Positions 30,510-40,723 of a stretch of DNA of 64,000 nt are shown here, one piece after another. Source of the stretch: Candidatus Poribacteria bacterium (GTDB lineage: Bacteria; Poribacteria; WGA-4E; WGA-3G); the NCBI GenBank assembly GCA_964291315.2, contig OZ219753.1, forward strand, positions 2,240,001-2,304,000. The letters are read 5' to 3'. Below the pieces are notes generated by a model. It saw only the letters and a list, made by a program, of their open reading frames with translations, did no database searches and was not told the DNA's origin. Within the stretch, counting starts at the first letter, position 1, and each line of letters begins with the position of its first letter. The position numbers and the translations under genes are program-made.

Positions 30510-31280
30510 ATGAAACCTGCAATCGCAGTTCTTTCCCTCATCTTCCTGAGCTTTAGTGTGAAGGCAGCGGCAATAAACGATGACAAAGCATTGGTGCTGT
30601 ACTTCACTTTTGATGAAGACAACGGTGGCAAAGTGAAAGATATAAGCGGAAATAATATCGAAGGCACCCTTGAGGGTGCAGTCTGGTCGAAAGATGGTAA
30701 AATCGGTGGTGCTGTTCATCTTGAAGATTCTGAGCAGTTTGTAGAGGTCGATGCGCTTCCCGAACTCGACATCACGGATGAACTGACAATTCAGGCTTGG
30801 TTTTTCCCAGAAGAATCTCAAGATGACTCTAACCTAATGGGACGTAGGAGCTCCGCGAATGTCGGTGGTTATTGTCTTCAGTGGAGTGCACAGTTCACGG
30901 GGGCTCCGCAAATTGAGACATGGATCAACATCGGAGGATGGCAAGGATCCCGGAACAAACAGACTATTAAGCCCGATTTGGAGAAATGGCACCATGTCTC
31001 TTCGACCTTCGACGGGGAGATGATCCGCCAATACATTGATGGCAAATTAGATGTCGAATTCGCACCACCAAAAGGTAAAATTAGCAGCATCGATGCAGTT
31101 TTTCGCATCGGCAAAGCACAAACAGATCTCCCGGGAATGGTCGGTTTAGTTGATGAGGTGGCCATCTATAACCGCGCACTTACTCTTGATGAGATCAACC
31201 AAGACATGCAAAACGGAGTCTACTTTGCCGTATCTCCGAAGCAAAAACTCACCACAACGTGGGGTAGACTGAAAATGTAA
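30510..31280 (+). CDS. Secreted LamG-like protein with C-terminal TTW motif
   Basis: Signal peptide; YFTFDE, WHHV, YIDG, DEVAIYNRAL; ends AVSPKQKLTTTWGRLKM. Confidence 0.85.
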   Translation: MKPAIAVLSLIFLSFSVKAAAINDDKALVLYFTFDEDNGGKVKDISGNNIEGTLEGAVWSKDGKIGGAVHLEDSEQFVEVDALPELDITDELTIQAWFFPEESQDDSNLMGRRSSANVGGYCLQWSAQFTGAPQIETWINIGGWQGSRNKQTIKPDLEKWHHVSSTFDGEMIRQYIDGKLDVEFAPPKGKISSIDAVFRIGKAQTDLPGMVGLVDEVAIYNRALTLDEINQDMQNGVYFAVSPKQKLTTTWGRLKM

Positions 31281-31356
31281 GGCACATCTATTTGAAACGT
31301 TTTCCTGATCTTCCTATTGGAAACTTGATTCGCGAAGGCGTGAAAAGACACAAAAT

Positions 31357-31989
31357 TCATGGCAGCTCAGGCACAACTGCTTTAAGGGCGTTTTCTTCCG
31401 CCGCAAAACCCTTGAGTTCTGGATTGAGCCTTACCGCTTGTGTGAGCGAGTTTAACGCCTTTTCTGATTCCCCCTCTAAGGCATAGGCACACGCAAGGTT
31501 GTAGTGGAGTAGGGCAGTTTCCGGGAAAGCCTGAAGGGCACGTAGACACGAGACACGGGCATCAGTAGGTAAATTTTGCCGAAGATACGCAGTGGTAAGG
31601 TTAACGTAACCCTCGACTATAGCGGGGGCCATTTCAATCACTTTTTTAAAGTTGGCGATTGCTTCAGCGTACGCTTCAACGTACAGGTACGCCTGCCCAA
31701 GGTTGTTGTAAACAGAAGGTTCCTCCGCAAAGAAAATCGTACGTCTTTTATTTTTGATTGCCTTTTGATACGATTCGATTGCCACTTCCGCTTCACCGTT
31801 GCGCATCAGAAAAGCTGCCTCCCGATAGTGGTCGTTAAACTGGGTTTGGTGATGCCAGACCCAAAGAAATAGCACCGTCACCGCAAGGCAGAACGTCATA
31901 CAGGCAACTCTAAAAACTTTATTGCCGGATATTTGTCCCTCTTCCTCTGTAGGTGAATTTTCTGTAGTCTGATTTTTGTTAGAAGTCAT
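31357..31989 (-). CDS. Membrane-anchored TPR protein (likely start MTSNK)
   Basis: TM segment followed by TPRs (YNNLGQAY, YVNL, HYNLACAYAL). Confidence 0.8.
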   Translation of the reverse strand: MTSNKNQTTENSPTEEEGQISGNKVFRVACMTFCLAVTVLFLWVWHHQTQFNDHYREAAFLMRNGEAEVAIESYQKAIKNKRRTIFFAEEPSVYNNLGQAYLYVEAYAEAIANFKKVIEMAPAIVEGYVNLTTAYLRQNLPTDARVSCLRALQAFPETALLHYNLACAYALEGESEKALNSLTQAVRLNPELKGFAAEENALKAVVPELP

Positions 31990-32043
31990 ATTTTTAACTC
32001 TCATCCACAAATTTCTCACTTTCACAAAAGGAATACATATAAA

Positions 32044-33093
32044 ATGAAAACTTACGGATTCGGTATTATTGGATGTGGAATGATTGCAGACTTCCACTCC
32101 GCTGCAATTTCTGAATTAGAACATGGACAACTTGTCGCAGTGAGCTCTAGAAGTACCGAGAACGCCAAACGGCTCACCGACCGGTATAACGTTGATAGCT
32201 ACACTGATTATACAGAGATGCTTAAACGGGACGATCTAGACATTATCTGCGTCTGTACACCGAGCGGGGCACATTTGAATCCGGCTCTTGCAGCCGCCAC
32301 CGCCGGTAAACACGTCATCGTCGAAAAACCGCTGGAGATTACCTTAGAACGGTGTGATGAGATTATCGAGGCGTGTGACGCAGCAGGTGTTCGTTTGTGT
32401 GCCATCTTTAACTCCCGTTTTACTGAAAGCACGCAGCTTGTTAAATCGGCTATTGAGAGCGGGCGATTTGGTAAACTCACCTTAGGCGATGCCTACATCA
32501 AATGGTATCGTTCCCAAGAATATTACGACAGCGGGGGGTGGCGTGGTACGTGGCATCTTGATGGTGGTGGTGCACTCATGAACCAATCCATTCACGCTAT
32601 CGACCTACTCCAATATTTCATGGGGCCCATCAAATCTGTCCAAGCCTTTACCGATACACTAGCACACGACCGCATAGAGGTCGAAGATACCGCTGTTGCT
32701 GCCCTTCGCTTTGAAAACGGGGCCCTCGGTGTCATCGAAGGAACGACCGCCGCTTACCCAGGCATGCTCAAGAAAACTGAAATCTGTGGCACACATGGCA
32801 CAGTCGTCTTAGCCGAAGAGGACATCGTCATATGGGAATTCTCTCCTGAACTGCCTGAAGATGTGGAGATCCGGGAGAAATTCGCTCAAAGAACGGATAC
32901 CGGGGGCGGGGCTTCAGACCCACGCGCTATTAACCACGCAAACCACCGGCGGCAAATGGAAAACCTCATTAATGGACTTGAACATGATGCCTCACATCTT
33001 GTTGACGGACGTGAGGGACGTAAAGCAGTTGAAATCATTCTTGCTATCTACCAATCGAACCGTGAAAGATGTGCTGTCGAATTGCCGCTATGA
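32044..33093 (+). CDS. Gfo/Idh/MocA family oxidoreductase
   Basis: GIIGCGMIA, CTPSGAH, VEKP, WRGTW..DGGGALMNQSIH. Confidence 0.95.
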   Translation: MKTYGFGIIGCGMIADFHSAAISELEHGQLVAVSSRSTENAKRLTDRYNVDSYTDYTEMLKRDDLDIICVCTPSGAHLNPALAAATAGKHVIVEKPLEITLERCDEIIEACDAAGVRLCAIFNSRFTESTQLVKSAIESGRFGKLTLGDAYIKWYRSQEYYDSGGWRGTWHLDGGGALMNQSIHAIDLLQYFMGPIKSVQAFTDTLAHDRIEVEDTAVAALRFENGALGVIEGTTAAYPGMLKKTEICGTHGTVVLAEEDIVIWEFSPELPEDVEIREKFAQRTDTGGGASDPRAINHANHRRQMENLINGLEHDASHLVDGREGRKAVEIILAIYQSNRERCAVELPL

Positions 33094-33274
33094 TATCTAT
33101 TTCATCTATACCGTAGGGTGGGCAAGGTAGACATCCTTATCCCCCCTTATAGAAGGATTTAATTTCCGAGATTTTAGTTTTTCCATTGGACAAGCTCCGC
33201 TGTAGAATAGATCTCTTGATCACGACTTCATTCGCTTATAAACGTCCACAGATTAGCACCCTAACGGCAACATG

Positions 33275-33457
33275 CTAATTACATTTCCGCTGGCTCATAA
33301 TGAACTCGTAAATTTCTTTAACTTCATCCGGAGAAATCAGAAACCGTTCAATTCCGTGTGCTTCTTCTATATGTTTCTCTCGGACCCTCAGAATACTGTG
33401 TACTATCTGATCTATCTTTTCAAGCTTATCACTTTTAATATGGAGATAGATATCTAC
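33275..33457 (-). pseudogene. Possible decayed T5orf172/GIY-YIG-like domain fragment
   Basis: Start-less open frame VDIYLHIKSDKLEKIDQIVHSILRVREKHIEEAHGIERFLISPDEVKEIYEFI; resembles the 'E..IH..L...G.EWF' pattern. Confidence 0.35.
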
Positions 33458-33615
33458 TGTGCTGGTTTGCTAATAAGAAGGTTTCGTTTTAGCTAATAAT
33501 ATGATGCCCTACTTGTGAGGATAACTGAGGCCAGCAGTGAATTGTGGGTTTCCGATTTCGCGAAATCATTATTAAATTGAAAAACTTCATTTCGATTATT
33601 GTCAGATATTCTCGG

Positions 33616-34617
33616 CTATTCATTGTTATTTCGTTCTTTTCCCGGGAAATTTCCGTTATAGTCAAACACAATTTTAATCGCTTCATTCTTCCTATTCAGT
33701 GCCATTTCAAACCCAAGTTGTGCCTCCGTGAAAGGCAAATGATGTGTAATGATCGGTGAAACATCAATGCGGCCTTGAGCGATCATATCCATCGCCAACG
33801 GAAAGTCGTTGGAGACTTCGGGTCCAACTGATCCGATAAAGTTAATATTTTTTCGGAAGAAATCTGAAAAATGAAAGTTGTAAATCTCATCGTCCGGCAC
33901 CCCGAAGGCGAGGAGCGTTCCGCTATGTTTCAGCAGCGGGAGACACTGGTTGATAGTCTCTGTTTGGTGTCCGACAACTTCTATAACTAGGTCGGCCATT
34001 CTACCTTCTGTAATTTCCTCAACAGCAGCGACGGGATCTTGTTTACTAACGTTAACCGTATGTGTGGCACGCATCTTCCGGGCAACTGAAAGCCGAAAGT
34101 CAACAATGTCAGTTGTTATCACCGTCCGTGCGCCAAGATTGCTCAACATATGCGTAAAGAGAAGTCCCATCGGGCCCTGTCCGACAACAACCGCATCAAG
34201 GTTGAGAAGGTTAGGCAGCTTTCGACATGCCCAGACAACGGTGCCAAGGGGTTGCGACATCAAGATGCAGTCTTGGCGCTGAAAATCCACCAGTGGTACC
34301 GTGACACTTTCATCCGAGAGAAAGTATTCTGAAAGCCCGCCAATATAGCGTGGTAAGGCGAGGACTTTGTCCCCTGGTTTGAACCTATCCGATTTACTGC
34401 CTGTAACAGTGCCAATTGCCTCGTGAATTGATAAACCCGGCTGAAGTGGATAACTTTCGACGGGATGCTCAAGGACAAACGCCGGCATATCAGTGCCACA
34501 AATTGCACTATGAGTAGTTTTTATCATTACTGTGCCGTCAGGATAATCGGCGAGGTCCGGTTGTTCTATGTTAACAATTTCAATCTGGCGGTGTGCAACA
34601 ATTTGTCCAGCTTTCAT
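33616..34617 (-). CDS. Zinc-binding medium-chain dehydrogenase
   Basis: ICGTD, HE..G.V, GQGPMGL, ITHH.P. Confidence 0.9.
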   Translation of the reverse strand: MKAGQIVAHRQIEIVNIEQPDLADYPDGTVMIKTTHSAICGTDMPAFVLEHPVESYPLQPGLSIHEAIGTVTGSKSDRFKPGDKVLALPRYIGGLSEYFLSDESVTVPLVDFQRQDCILMSQPLGTVVWACRKLPNLLNLDAVVVGQGPMGLLFTHMLSNLGARTVITTDIVDFRLSVARKMRATHTVNVSKQDPVAAVEEITEGRMADLVIEVVGHQTETINQCLPLLKHSGTLLAFGVPDDEIYNFHFSDFFRKNINFIGSVGPEVSNDFPLAMDMIAQGRIDVSPIITHHLPFTEAQLGFEMALNRKNEAIKIVFDYNGNFPGKERNNNE

Positions 34618-34704
34618 ATTCTATATTTGATCCTTATAGTTTATAACTAACAGTTTTCAGTTAAGAGTCCGTGGAATTGACACATTAACTTACTGCTATG
34701 AGCA

Positions 34705-35682
34705 TCAACCGGTAACTGACAACTGGCAACTGACATATTTTAAAACGTGTTCGTGAAGTTTCCCGTTCGTTGCGACAATGCCTCGATTCTTGTCCATCCG
34801 TTTTCCGCTCAGAAAATTAAGAGGCGCGCCATTAGTATCTGTGACCGTCCCGCCTGCTTCCTGAACGACAATCAGTCCAGCAGCGTGATCCCAGATACAT
34901 TCGCGATAATCTGGGAAATCGGGATTCGGCAGACGGATATAGAGTGAGGCTTCCCCACGGGCAACAATGCCATACTTCGCTTGACTGTCCATCCGAACCG
35001 GGGCCTCCGTAATTCCAAGTGCTTCTGCAACCTCACTGTGTGCATCGCTGTCGCCATGCGTGGACTCAAAACTCTCAGCGAAGCGGCGCACTTCCTCCGA
35101 TACGCGAACTTGCCGTAAAAAAACTCCTGTTGTTGTATAGAGCCGCGTGCCTTCACCGCGCTCCGCAACAAAAAGGCATCCGCGTTGTTCTGTTCCACTA
35201 TCTTTCAAACGATGCGGTAAATTTGGACATCCTAAAACACCGAGTTGCACAATGCCATCAATAATATAAGCCAGAGCGATTGCGTACTGATCGTGGCGGA
35301 GAAAGCCTTTCGTACCATCAATCGGATCCAGTGTCCAGAAGCATTGTCCAACATCCCCGGTTCCCCTATCAATCCATTCACAAACAGTGTCCAGTGAGAC
35401 CGCCTCTTTTGCAAAACAACCCATATAATCCGTAATGCGTTCTAAAAGTGTTGTGTTGTCCTTAAGTGCTTGCGCACTTTCTTCAGCGACAATAGCTTCA
35501 TCAGGAAAAGCGTCACCAATCGCTTTGCATATCAAGGCTTGTGAGCCGAAGTCAGCGACAGTTACGGGACTTCGATCTCTCTTTTGAATTGCATCAGTTG
35601 ACACCATTTCAGCTTGCACTTGTTCACAGAGGCGCATCGCCTTCAGTACAGCATCTATAGCAATTTGTTTTTTTAATCGCAT
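34705..35682 (-). CDS. 3'(2'),5'-bisphosphate nucleotidase, HAL2/SAL1-type
   Basis: K.D.SPVTVADFGSQA, AEE, DPIDGTKGFLR..QYA, DSQAKY, E.IWDHAAG. Confidence 0.9.
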   Translation of the reverse strand: MRLKKQIAIDAVLKAMRLCEQVQAEMVSTDAIQKRDRSPVTVADFGSQALICKAIGDAFPDEAIVAEESAQALKDNTTLLERITDYMGCFAKEAVSLDTVCEWIDRGTGDVGQCFWTLDPIDGTKGFLRHDQYAIALAYIIDGIVQLGVLGCPNLPHRLKDSGTEQRGCLFVAERGEGTRLYTTTGVFLRQVRVSEEVRRFAESFESTHGDSDAHSEVAEALGITEAPVRMDSQAKYGIVARGEASLYIRLPNPDFPDYRECIWDHAAGLIVVQEAGGTVTDTNGAPLNFLSGKRMDKNRGIVATNGKLHEHVLKYVSCQLSVTG

Positions 35683-35814
35683 TTTCTCTGTTTTTTGGGG
35701 TATTGTCGTTTGTCAGTTTTAAGAGGTCTCTTGTAACTCTATTCTCGCCTTCTTAGAGAGTCCAAACAGGATTGAATTATTACAAGAAGATTCTTGTCTG
35801 GTAACTAATACCCA

Positions 35815-36447
35815 TTAAAATAGTGTTAATTTCGGTAATTTCTCGGCCTCGCGCAACTTCCGCTTCGCCGAGGCGATATCTTCAATAACGGTTTGTCGGG
35901 TAACCTCAAAATCCTCGCCTTCTTGTCTCAGTACATAAGCAGGGTTAAAAGTTGCCATGGCAAAAGGAGCATATAGCGTATCTGTAAACCAGACCCCGCG
36001 CTCCTCGGTAATACGGAAACTTCGATGAATGAGCATCTTCGCAGCGGGTGCGCCCATACACAAAATTACCGAGGGCTGTATCAAAGTTAGTTCTCCGTTA
36101 AGCCATTTAGCGCACGCTTTAATCTCCGAGGCTTTCGGCGGACGGTTTTTTAAAACTCCACCTTTAAAACTTGTCGCCCGACACTTGATGATATTCGTCA
36201 GCCAAATTTGGCTTCGCGCTAATTCGTTTGCAGCGAGCACCTCATCAAGCAAACCTCCAGCAGGGCCAGAAAATGGAAGCGTTGTTTGATTATCAGCAGC
36301 AGACGGTCCCTCTGCAACAATCGCTAATTTTGTGGTGCTCGTCCCGCTGCCAAAGACAACATTCTCACGGGTTTTCGCCAAATCACATGCTGTACAAACG
36401 CTCGCTTGTGTCTTGAGGGTTTGCAGCTGCGCCTGAATAGTACTCAC
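35815..36447 (-). CDS. Uracil-DNA glycosylase family 4-like (Fe-S)
   Basis: C..C.L...R..VVFG.G, EGP, PF.G.AG.LL, N..KCR, NR.P...E...C; GTG start. Confidence 0.85.
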   Translation of the reverse strand: MSTIQAQLQTLKTQASVCTACDLAKTRENVVFGSGTSTTKLAIVAEGPSAADNQTTLPFSGPAGGLLDEVLAANELARSQIWLTNIIKCRATSFKGGVLKNRPPKASEIKACAKWLNGELTLIQPSVILCMGAPAAKMLIHRSFRITEERGVWFTDTLYAPFAMATFNPAYVLRQEGEDFEVTRQTVIEDIASAKRKLREAEKLPKLTLF

Positions 36448-36531
36448 ATTTTATCTCCCATTTATTGTAGAACGCAGTCTTACAGAAGTGTGTTTAAGCA
36501 CATCCATACTTATCCTGCCTATAAACATCTC

Positions 36532-39060
36532 CTACCATGAAGAACCAGAAGTTTTAGCGAATTGAATGCTTGCATGCACCAGCTTGTCGGGTTGAGCCTT
36601 TGTAAACGTCAACCGATATATGGGTGCACTCCAATTATAATGATAATCGCTGCCGTAAGTCGACACGCCTATAGGTAAATATTCGTCCGGTACATGAATA
36701 AAGCAGGTAGCATCTGCTTGTCTAAGGGGTTTGCAAACGAGTAAGTAACTTTGGCTGTGGTTATCCCAACCCGCGGATAAAATTTCGACTGCCCCTTGGG
36801 TATAGTGTATATCAGTTGCAAGCAGTTGTGGGATGTCTTGCTCCTCACGAAAGCAGAGCAGCTTGACAGAACGGGGTGGAATATTAAGTAAGTTCACACT
36901 ATGTGAAACCGTTCCAAGATATTGTCGCATCCAGAAATCGTGAACGAGATACTCTTTAGATTCAGCAAGTCCAAGGGGATCCAATTTAAAGTAAACGTCA
37001 TCTTCGTAATCGTTCCAATTGAAGATTGCCGCAAGGTGCCAGGCTTCGGTAGGTGTCGAAATAGGTAGACTCCAAATTCTTGGAAACGGTTCATCATAAA
37101 GATCTATTGGTATGGCAACGTCTCCGAGAACCGGGAAAATGCGGGCTAGATACGTCGCGCGGGATGCCGTAAGCCCAGTTAATCGGTCGGTGCAGAAGAT
37201 TGCCCCGCCACTTAACGCTGCCGCTGTGATCTCCACAATCGCTTCATTAACAGGCCTGGGCTCACCAACAGCAAGTTCACCAAAGACGGGTTCCCAGAGA
37301 AAATTATGTTCTCGGATATGTGCAGAGTATCTGCCCAAGCGGTGCTTTGTCCCCCGCGGATGGTGCCACGGGTCATTAATACGACTTGAAGTACCCATGC
37401 TCGAAAGGGGCGGGTTGAGCAATGGAGCGTTTAACGAGATGTTCCCAAGGGAAGGTCCCTTAACTGCATTGTATCCGGCGATCAAAATCTCTCTATCAGT
37501 CGATGTGCTTCCTGAGCGAGCCTCCATAACAGAATCTCTTAACAATTCACCTGCAAGACGGTAGAGCTGGACAGATGTAAGGGATTTGTCCTGCCATTGC
37601 AAGTTCTCTGCACCATTAGTGAGACTTGTAGTATAAGCAGTAAAATCTACATTGATGAATGAACATCCGTACGTATTAACTATATGTTTAATCTGTTCTC
37701 GAATATGGCGTTGCACTTCTGGATGTGAGACATCTAACAGTGCGACTTCGGTACCACCTTCAGGCAGATGTGTTGTCGCAGGTTTGTGTTCGTTGCGTCT
37801 TGGCGGTCGGCGTGTCTTTTTTCTTCCTTTTCGGGTTTCTACTTTCTGCTGTATACAATAGTCCGGATGTTCCTGCACAAGTTTGGAATCAAGTGCTGCA
37901 CAAAACGGACTCATCCGGATTCCTACTTTGAAGCCTTTAGCTTGAATCTGGTTGAGAGCCGCTTGCATGTCGTCGGTTTGTGTTTCTGAGTCCTCCGCAT
38001 CTAGCGTATAATGTCCTAATCGCGATCCCGCCCCGAGGTTTAATTGAATGTAATTCACCCCTCCGGGAAAGCCCGGCTGAAAGAACGGGTCTTCTAAGAG
38101 CTTGCCGGTTTGTGTTAATACAGCATCGGTGTCGAGTGGTAGTTGCTCTGCGGGAAAATTCCAAGCAGTAATCGGTGGCCTAGAGGGATACCGGGGGTGA
38201 GTTTCACCACAACCGCTTTTCAGTGCTAACATCTGTGTGTAGTGTTCATAACAGGCTGCAGCATCTCCTGCAAAGTTAAGATACACGGTCTCTGAGGTAA
38301 TCTCTTCCCCAAAATTGCACTGTTGTTTACACAGATGATAAAGTGTCCATAGGTTAACGCCTGATGTCGAGGTCTTTTTATGCGATTGCGAATTGGATTC
38401 GGAGTTGCTTTGATAACCGATCTGGATGCGGGGCCACCATTTCTCTGTTGTCAAAAATCCAAAAACGAGCGTCTTGGCGTTCCGAGTGTCGTACAGCATA
38501 CCATCGTGACAGGGATGCCTAGTATCTGTTTCGCTTAATAGAAAGCCGTCATAGAGTCTTCTACTTACACTAGCAGAGAGCGGTGGCATGTTGATGAAAA
38601 GATGACAATCTGAAGGGGAACTATCAACTAAGACAGCACCGCGGTCCGCTGAAACCCCGAGTACCGTTAAACTGTTCAACTGCAGCGGTCGCTCTGGCTT
38701 GAGGTTTTCAATACCAACTTTCAACAAGATGGCCGGCTGTGCCGCATAACAATTGAGGTAAGTGTTTATCCGAACACCTCGTTCTATTGCTTCGTGTGAG
38801 AAACAGACTTGGTGATAGGTCCCGAAAGCATCTGTCAGCGGAAACGCGGTGGTAAATTCACAGTTACCTGCGTCTTCAGTTCTGATAGTACCTCCGTCAT
38901 CAAGGGTTATTTGTGCACATCCGTTGCGGATAATTGTGCTGCCGCTCTCATCAATGTAATCCCATGTGCCTTTTGAAAGGTTAAATTTAACTTCAAACTT
39001 ATTGTGGTTTATCACGACAAGGTTCCCTCGTCGCGCAACAGCTACATCGTCTGGTTTCAT
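36532..39060 (-). CDS. GH36/GH27 alpha-galactosidase-like protein with degenerate motifs
   Basis: G.K.GI...PF, LD.SHP, VDF, ALSGG....D.L, P.DL, FNW, DFW, IPP.SV. Confidence 0.7.
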   Translation of the reverse strand: MKPDDVAVARRGNLVVINHNKFEVKFNLSKGTWDYIDESGSTIIRNGCAQITLDDGGTIRTEDAGNCEFTTAFPLTDAFGTYHQVCFSHEAIERGVRINTYLNCYAAQPAILLKVGIENLKPERPLQLNSLTVLGVSADRGAVLVDSSPSDCHLFINMPPLSASVSRRLYDGFLLSETDTRHPCHDGMLYDTRNAKTLVFGFLTTEKWWPRIQIGYQSNSESNSQSHKKTSTSGVNLWTLYHLCKQQCNFGEEITSETVYLNFAGDAAACYEHYTQMLALKSGCGETHPRYPSRPPITAWNFPAEQLPLDTDAVLTQTGKLLEDPFFQPGFPGGVNYIQLNLGAGSRLGHYTLDAEDSETQTDDMQAALNQIQAKGFKVGIRMSPFCAALDSKLVQEHPDYCIQQKVETRKGRKKTRRPPRRNEHKPATTHLPEGGTEVALLDVSHPEVQRHIREQIKHIVNTYGCSFINVDFTAYTTSLTNGAENLQWQDKSLTSVQLYRLAGELLRDSVMEARSGSTSTDREILIAGYNAVKGPSLGNISLNAPLLNPPLSSMGTSSRINDPWHHPRGTKHRLGRYSAHIREHNFLWEPVFGELAVGEPRPVNEAIVEITAAALSGGAIFCTDRLTGLTASRATYLARIFPVLGDVAIPIDLYDEPFPRIWSLPISTPTEAWHLAAIFNWNDYEDDVYFKLDPLGLAESKEYLVHDFWMRQYLGTVSHSVNLLNIPPRSVKLLCFREEQDIPQLLATDIHYTQGAVEILSAGWDNHSQSYLLVCKPLRQADATCFIHVPDEYLPIGVSTYGSDYHYNWSAPIYRLTFTKAQPDKLVHASIQFAKTSGSSW

Positions 39061-39177
39061 CCATCAATTCCTTTTCGCCGGTTGTTAGCTGTGGATCAGG
39101 GGTTAAACACGCAGCAGTTTCGGCGGTTGTCAAATACCATAAGCCTGCCCGCGCTGGCAACCACAAACTGAAAACCC

Positions 39178-39912
39178 CTAACTCCGGGCAGAAACAACCG
39201 CCCAACAATATATCAACGTAGTCGGTTCATTGCCTGTGTGGAAAACTGAAAAAGTGTCTCCCGGAGTCACGAACAGAACATCATGTCGTTCCAAAGTGTG
39301 CGTCTCAGCATCAAAGGTCACTACGGCATCTCCATCCGTTAGCACATAGATCGCTTCACTCACTATCGGTTCATGGGTAAAACGCTCATCTTTATTGAGG
39401 TGGATATAGTCTAAGGAGAGATGTACAGAGCCTTTGTGTGGAGAAACGACGCTTCGCCACTCAACAGGCTTGCCAAAAACAGGGCCCCCTCGCGCCATAT
39501 TAATGACTTGGACGTTACTCCGATGCCCAATTTCCGGCACCGGTACCTCATCAGGGGTATCTCGCTCGCCCCGATAGAGTGCCATATCCGGGGGAGATTG
39601 AAAACTAATTAAACGCGCCTTGTTCGAGGTGGTATTAACGGTCCCATGCACTTCCCGCACAGGTACAAAAATCAGGTCACCTGCGGCAATTGGCGTATAG
39701 ACACCGCCTTGTCGGACAGCCCCGCCCCCTTCTAACACGACAATTGCGTCTTCTGAGGCATCGTGGTAATGCTGTGTGAATTCTTGACCAGGGGCATGCA
39801 ATCCATGGTTTAGTGTAATCTGCGTTGAACCCATATCTGGATGTACAACACGCCAATTTTTACCTTTACCCATTTGAAAGGGCATCCCAGATTGCAGATT
39901 CAAGATTTTCAT
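39178..39912 (-). CDS. Bicupin domain protein
   Basis: H.H..SE....VLEG.G, G..I.VP...VHG; second degenerate cupin. Confidence 0.8.
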   Translation of the reverse strand: MKILNLQSGMPFQMGKGKNWRVVHPDMGSTQITLNHGLHAPGQEFTQHYHDASEDAIVVLEGGGAVRQGGVYTPIAAGDLIFVPVREVHGTVNTTSNKARLISFQSPPDMALYRGERDTPDEVPVPEIGHRSNVQVINMARGGPVFGKPVEWRSVVSPHKGSVHLSLDYIHLNKDERFTHEPIVSEAIYVLTDGDAVVTFDAETHTLERHDVLFVTPGDTFSVFHTGNEPTTLIYCWAVVSARS

Positions 39913-39968
39913 GTTCTGTTTTACTGACTTTCAACCTTCGAGGGTTAGTAAAGTGTAGTGAAGTAATG

Positions 39969-40601
39969 TTAATCTAACTCAAGATCTCTGATCCGACTCT
40001 CATGCTCCCAACAATAAAATGATACAACCGTATCCCCGTAACGCGTTTGGCGGTACTTGTGCAAACTTCCGACAGTATGAGGTGTATCAGTCTGCCTTGC
40101 ATGTTCAACAAGCAGCGTACCCGCGCTTCCGAGCAACACAGTTTCTGCCAGCAGCGCCAACCCAGCAGCATACAGTTCAATATGATGCCGTTGCGACTTG
40201 CCTCTTAAACCGACACCATAGGGCGGATCGAAATAGATAACTTCGAAGACCGCTTTCTGTTTATGAAGAGACGCAACCCCCTTTAAAACATCACGACAGA
40301 ATAGATAATACCTTGGATCTGATTCAGTAGTGAGGCCACAAACGTTGAGGTTCCGTTCTATAATAGCTATACACCGTGGATCTCTGTCCAAAAATGTAAC
40401 GTGTTTCGCCCCTCGACTTAATGCTTCTATACCCATACTCCCTGTACCGGCACAAAGGTCGAGAAAATTCGCATCAAAAACCTGCTCCCGTAGGATACTA
40501 AATATCGACTCCTTCACGCGATCGGTAGTTGGCCGGACGAGGCGATTCCCTTTTGGAACGAACAAGCGCCTGCCTCTGAATGCACCAGCAATAACTCTCA
40601 T
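39969..40601 (-). CDS. rsmD: 16S rRNA m2G966 methyltransferase
   Basis: MRVIAG..RGR.L, RPT.DRVKES.F, LDL.AGTG..G.EALSRGA, DPPY, YG.T. Confidence 0.92.
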   Translation of the reverse strand: MRVIAGAFRGRRLFVPKGNRLVRPTTDRVKESIFSILREQVFDANFLDLCAGTGSMGIEALSRGAKHVTFLDRDPRCIAIIERNLNVCGLTTESDPRYYLFCRDVLKGVASLHKQKAVFEVIYFDPPYGVGLRGKSQRHHIELYAAGLALLAETVLLGSAGTLLVEHARQTDTPHTVGSLHKYRQTRYGDTVVSFYCWEHESRIRDLELD

Positions 40602-40723
40602 GTTTTAAGAATCGTCAGCCGTCGGTCGTCGCTCCCACTCGTGAAATGCAGCCGTTACTATCATGTCGGATGACACAAGATTTTTTGTGGACAACTCATC
40701 TTCAATAAGCAGGCCGCCGATAA

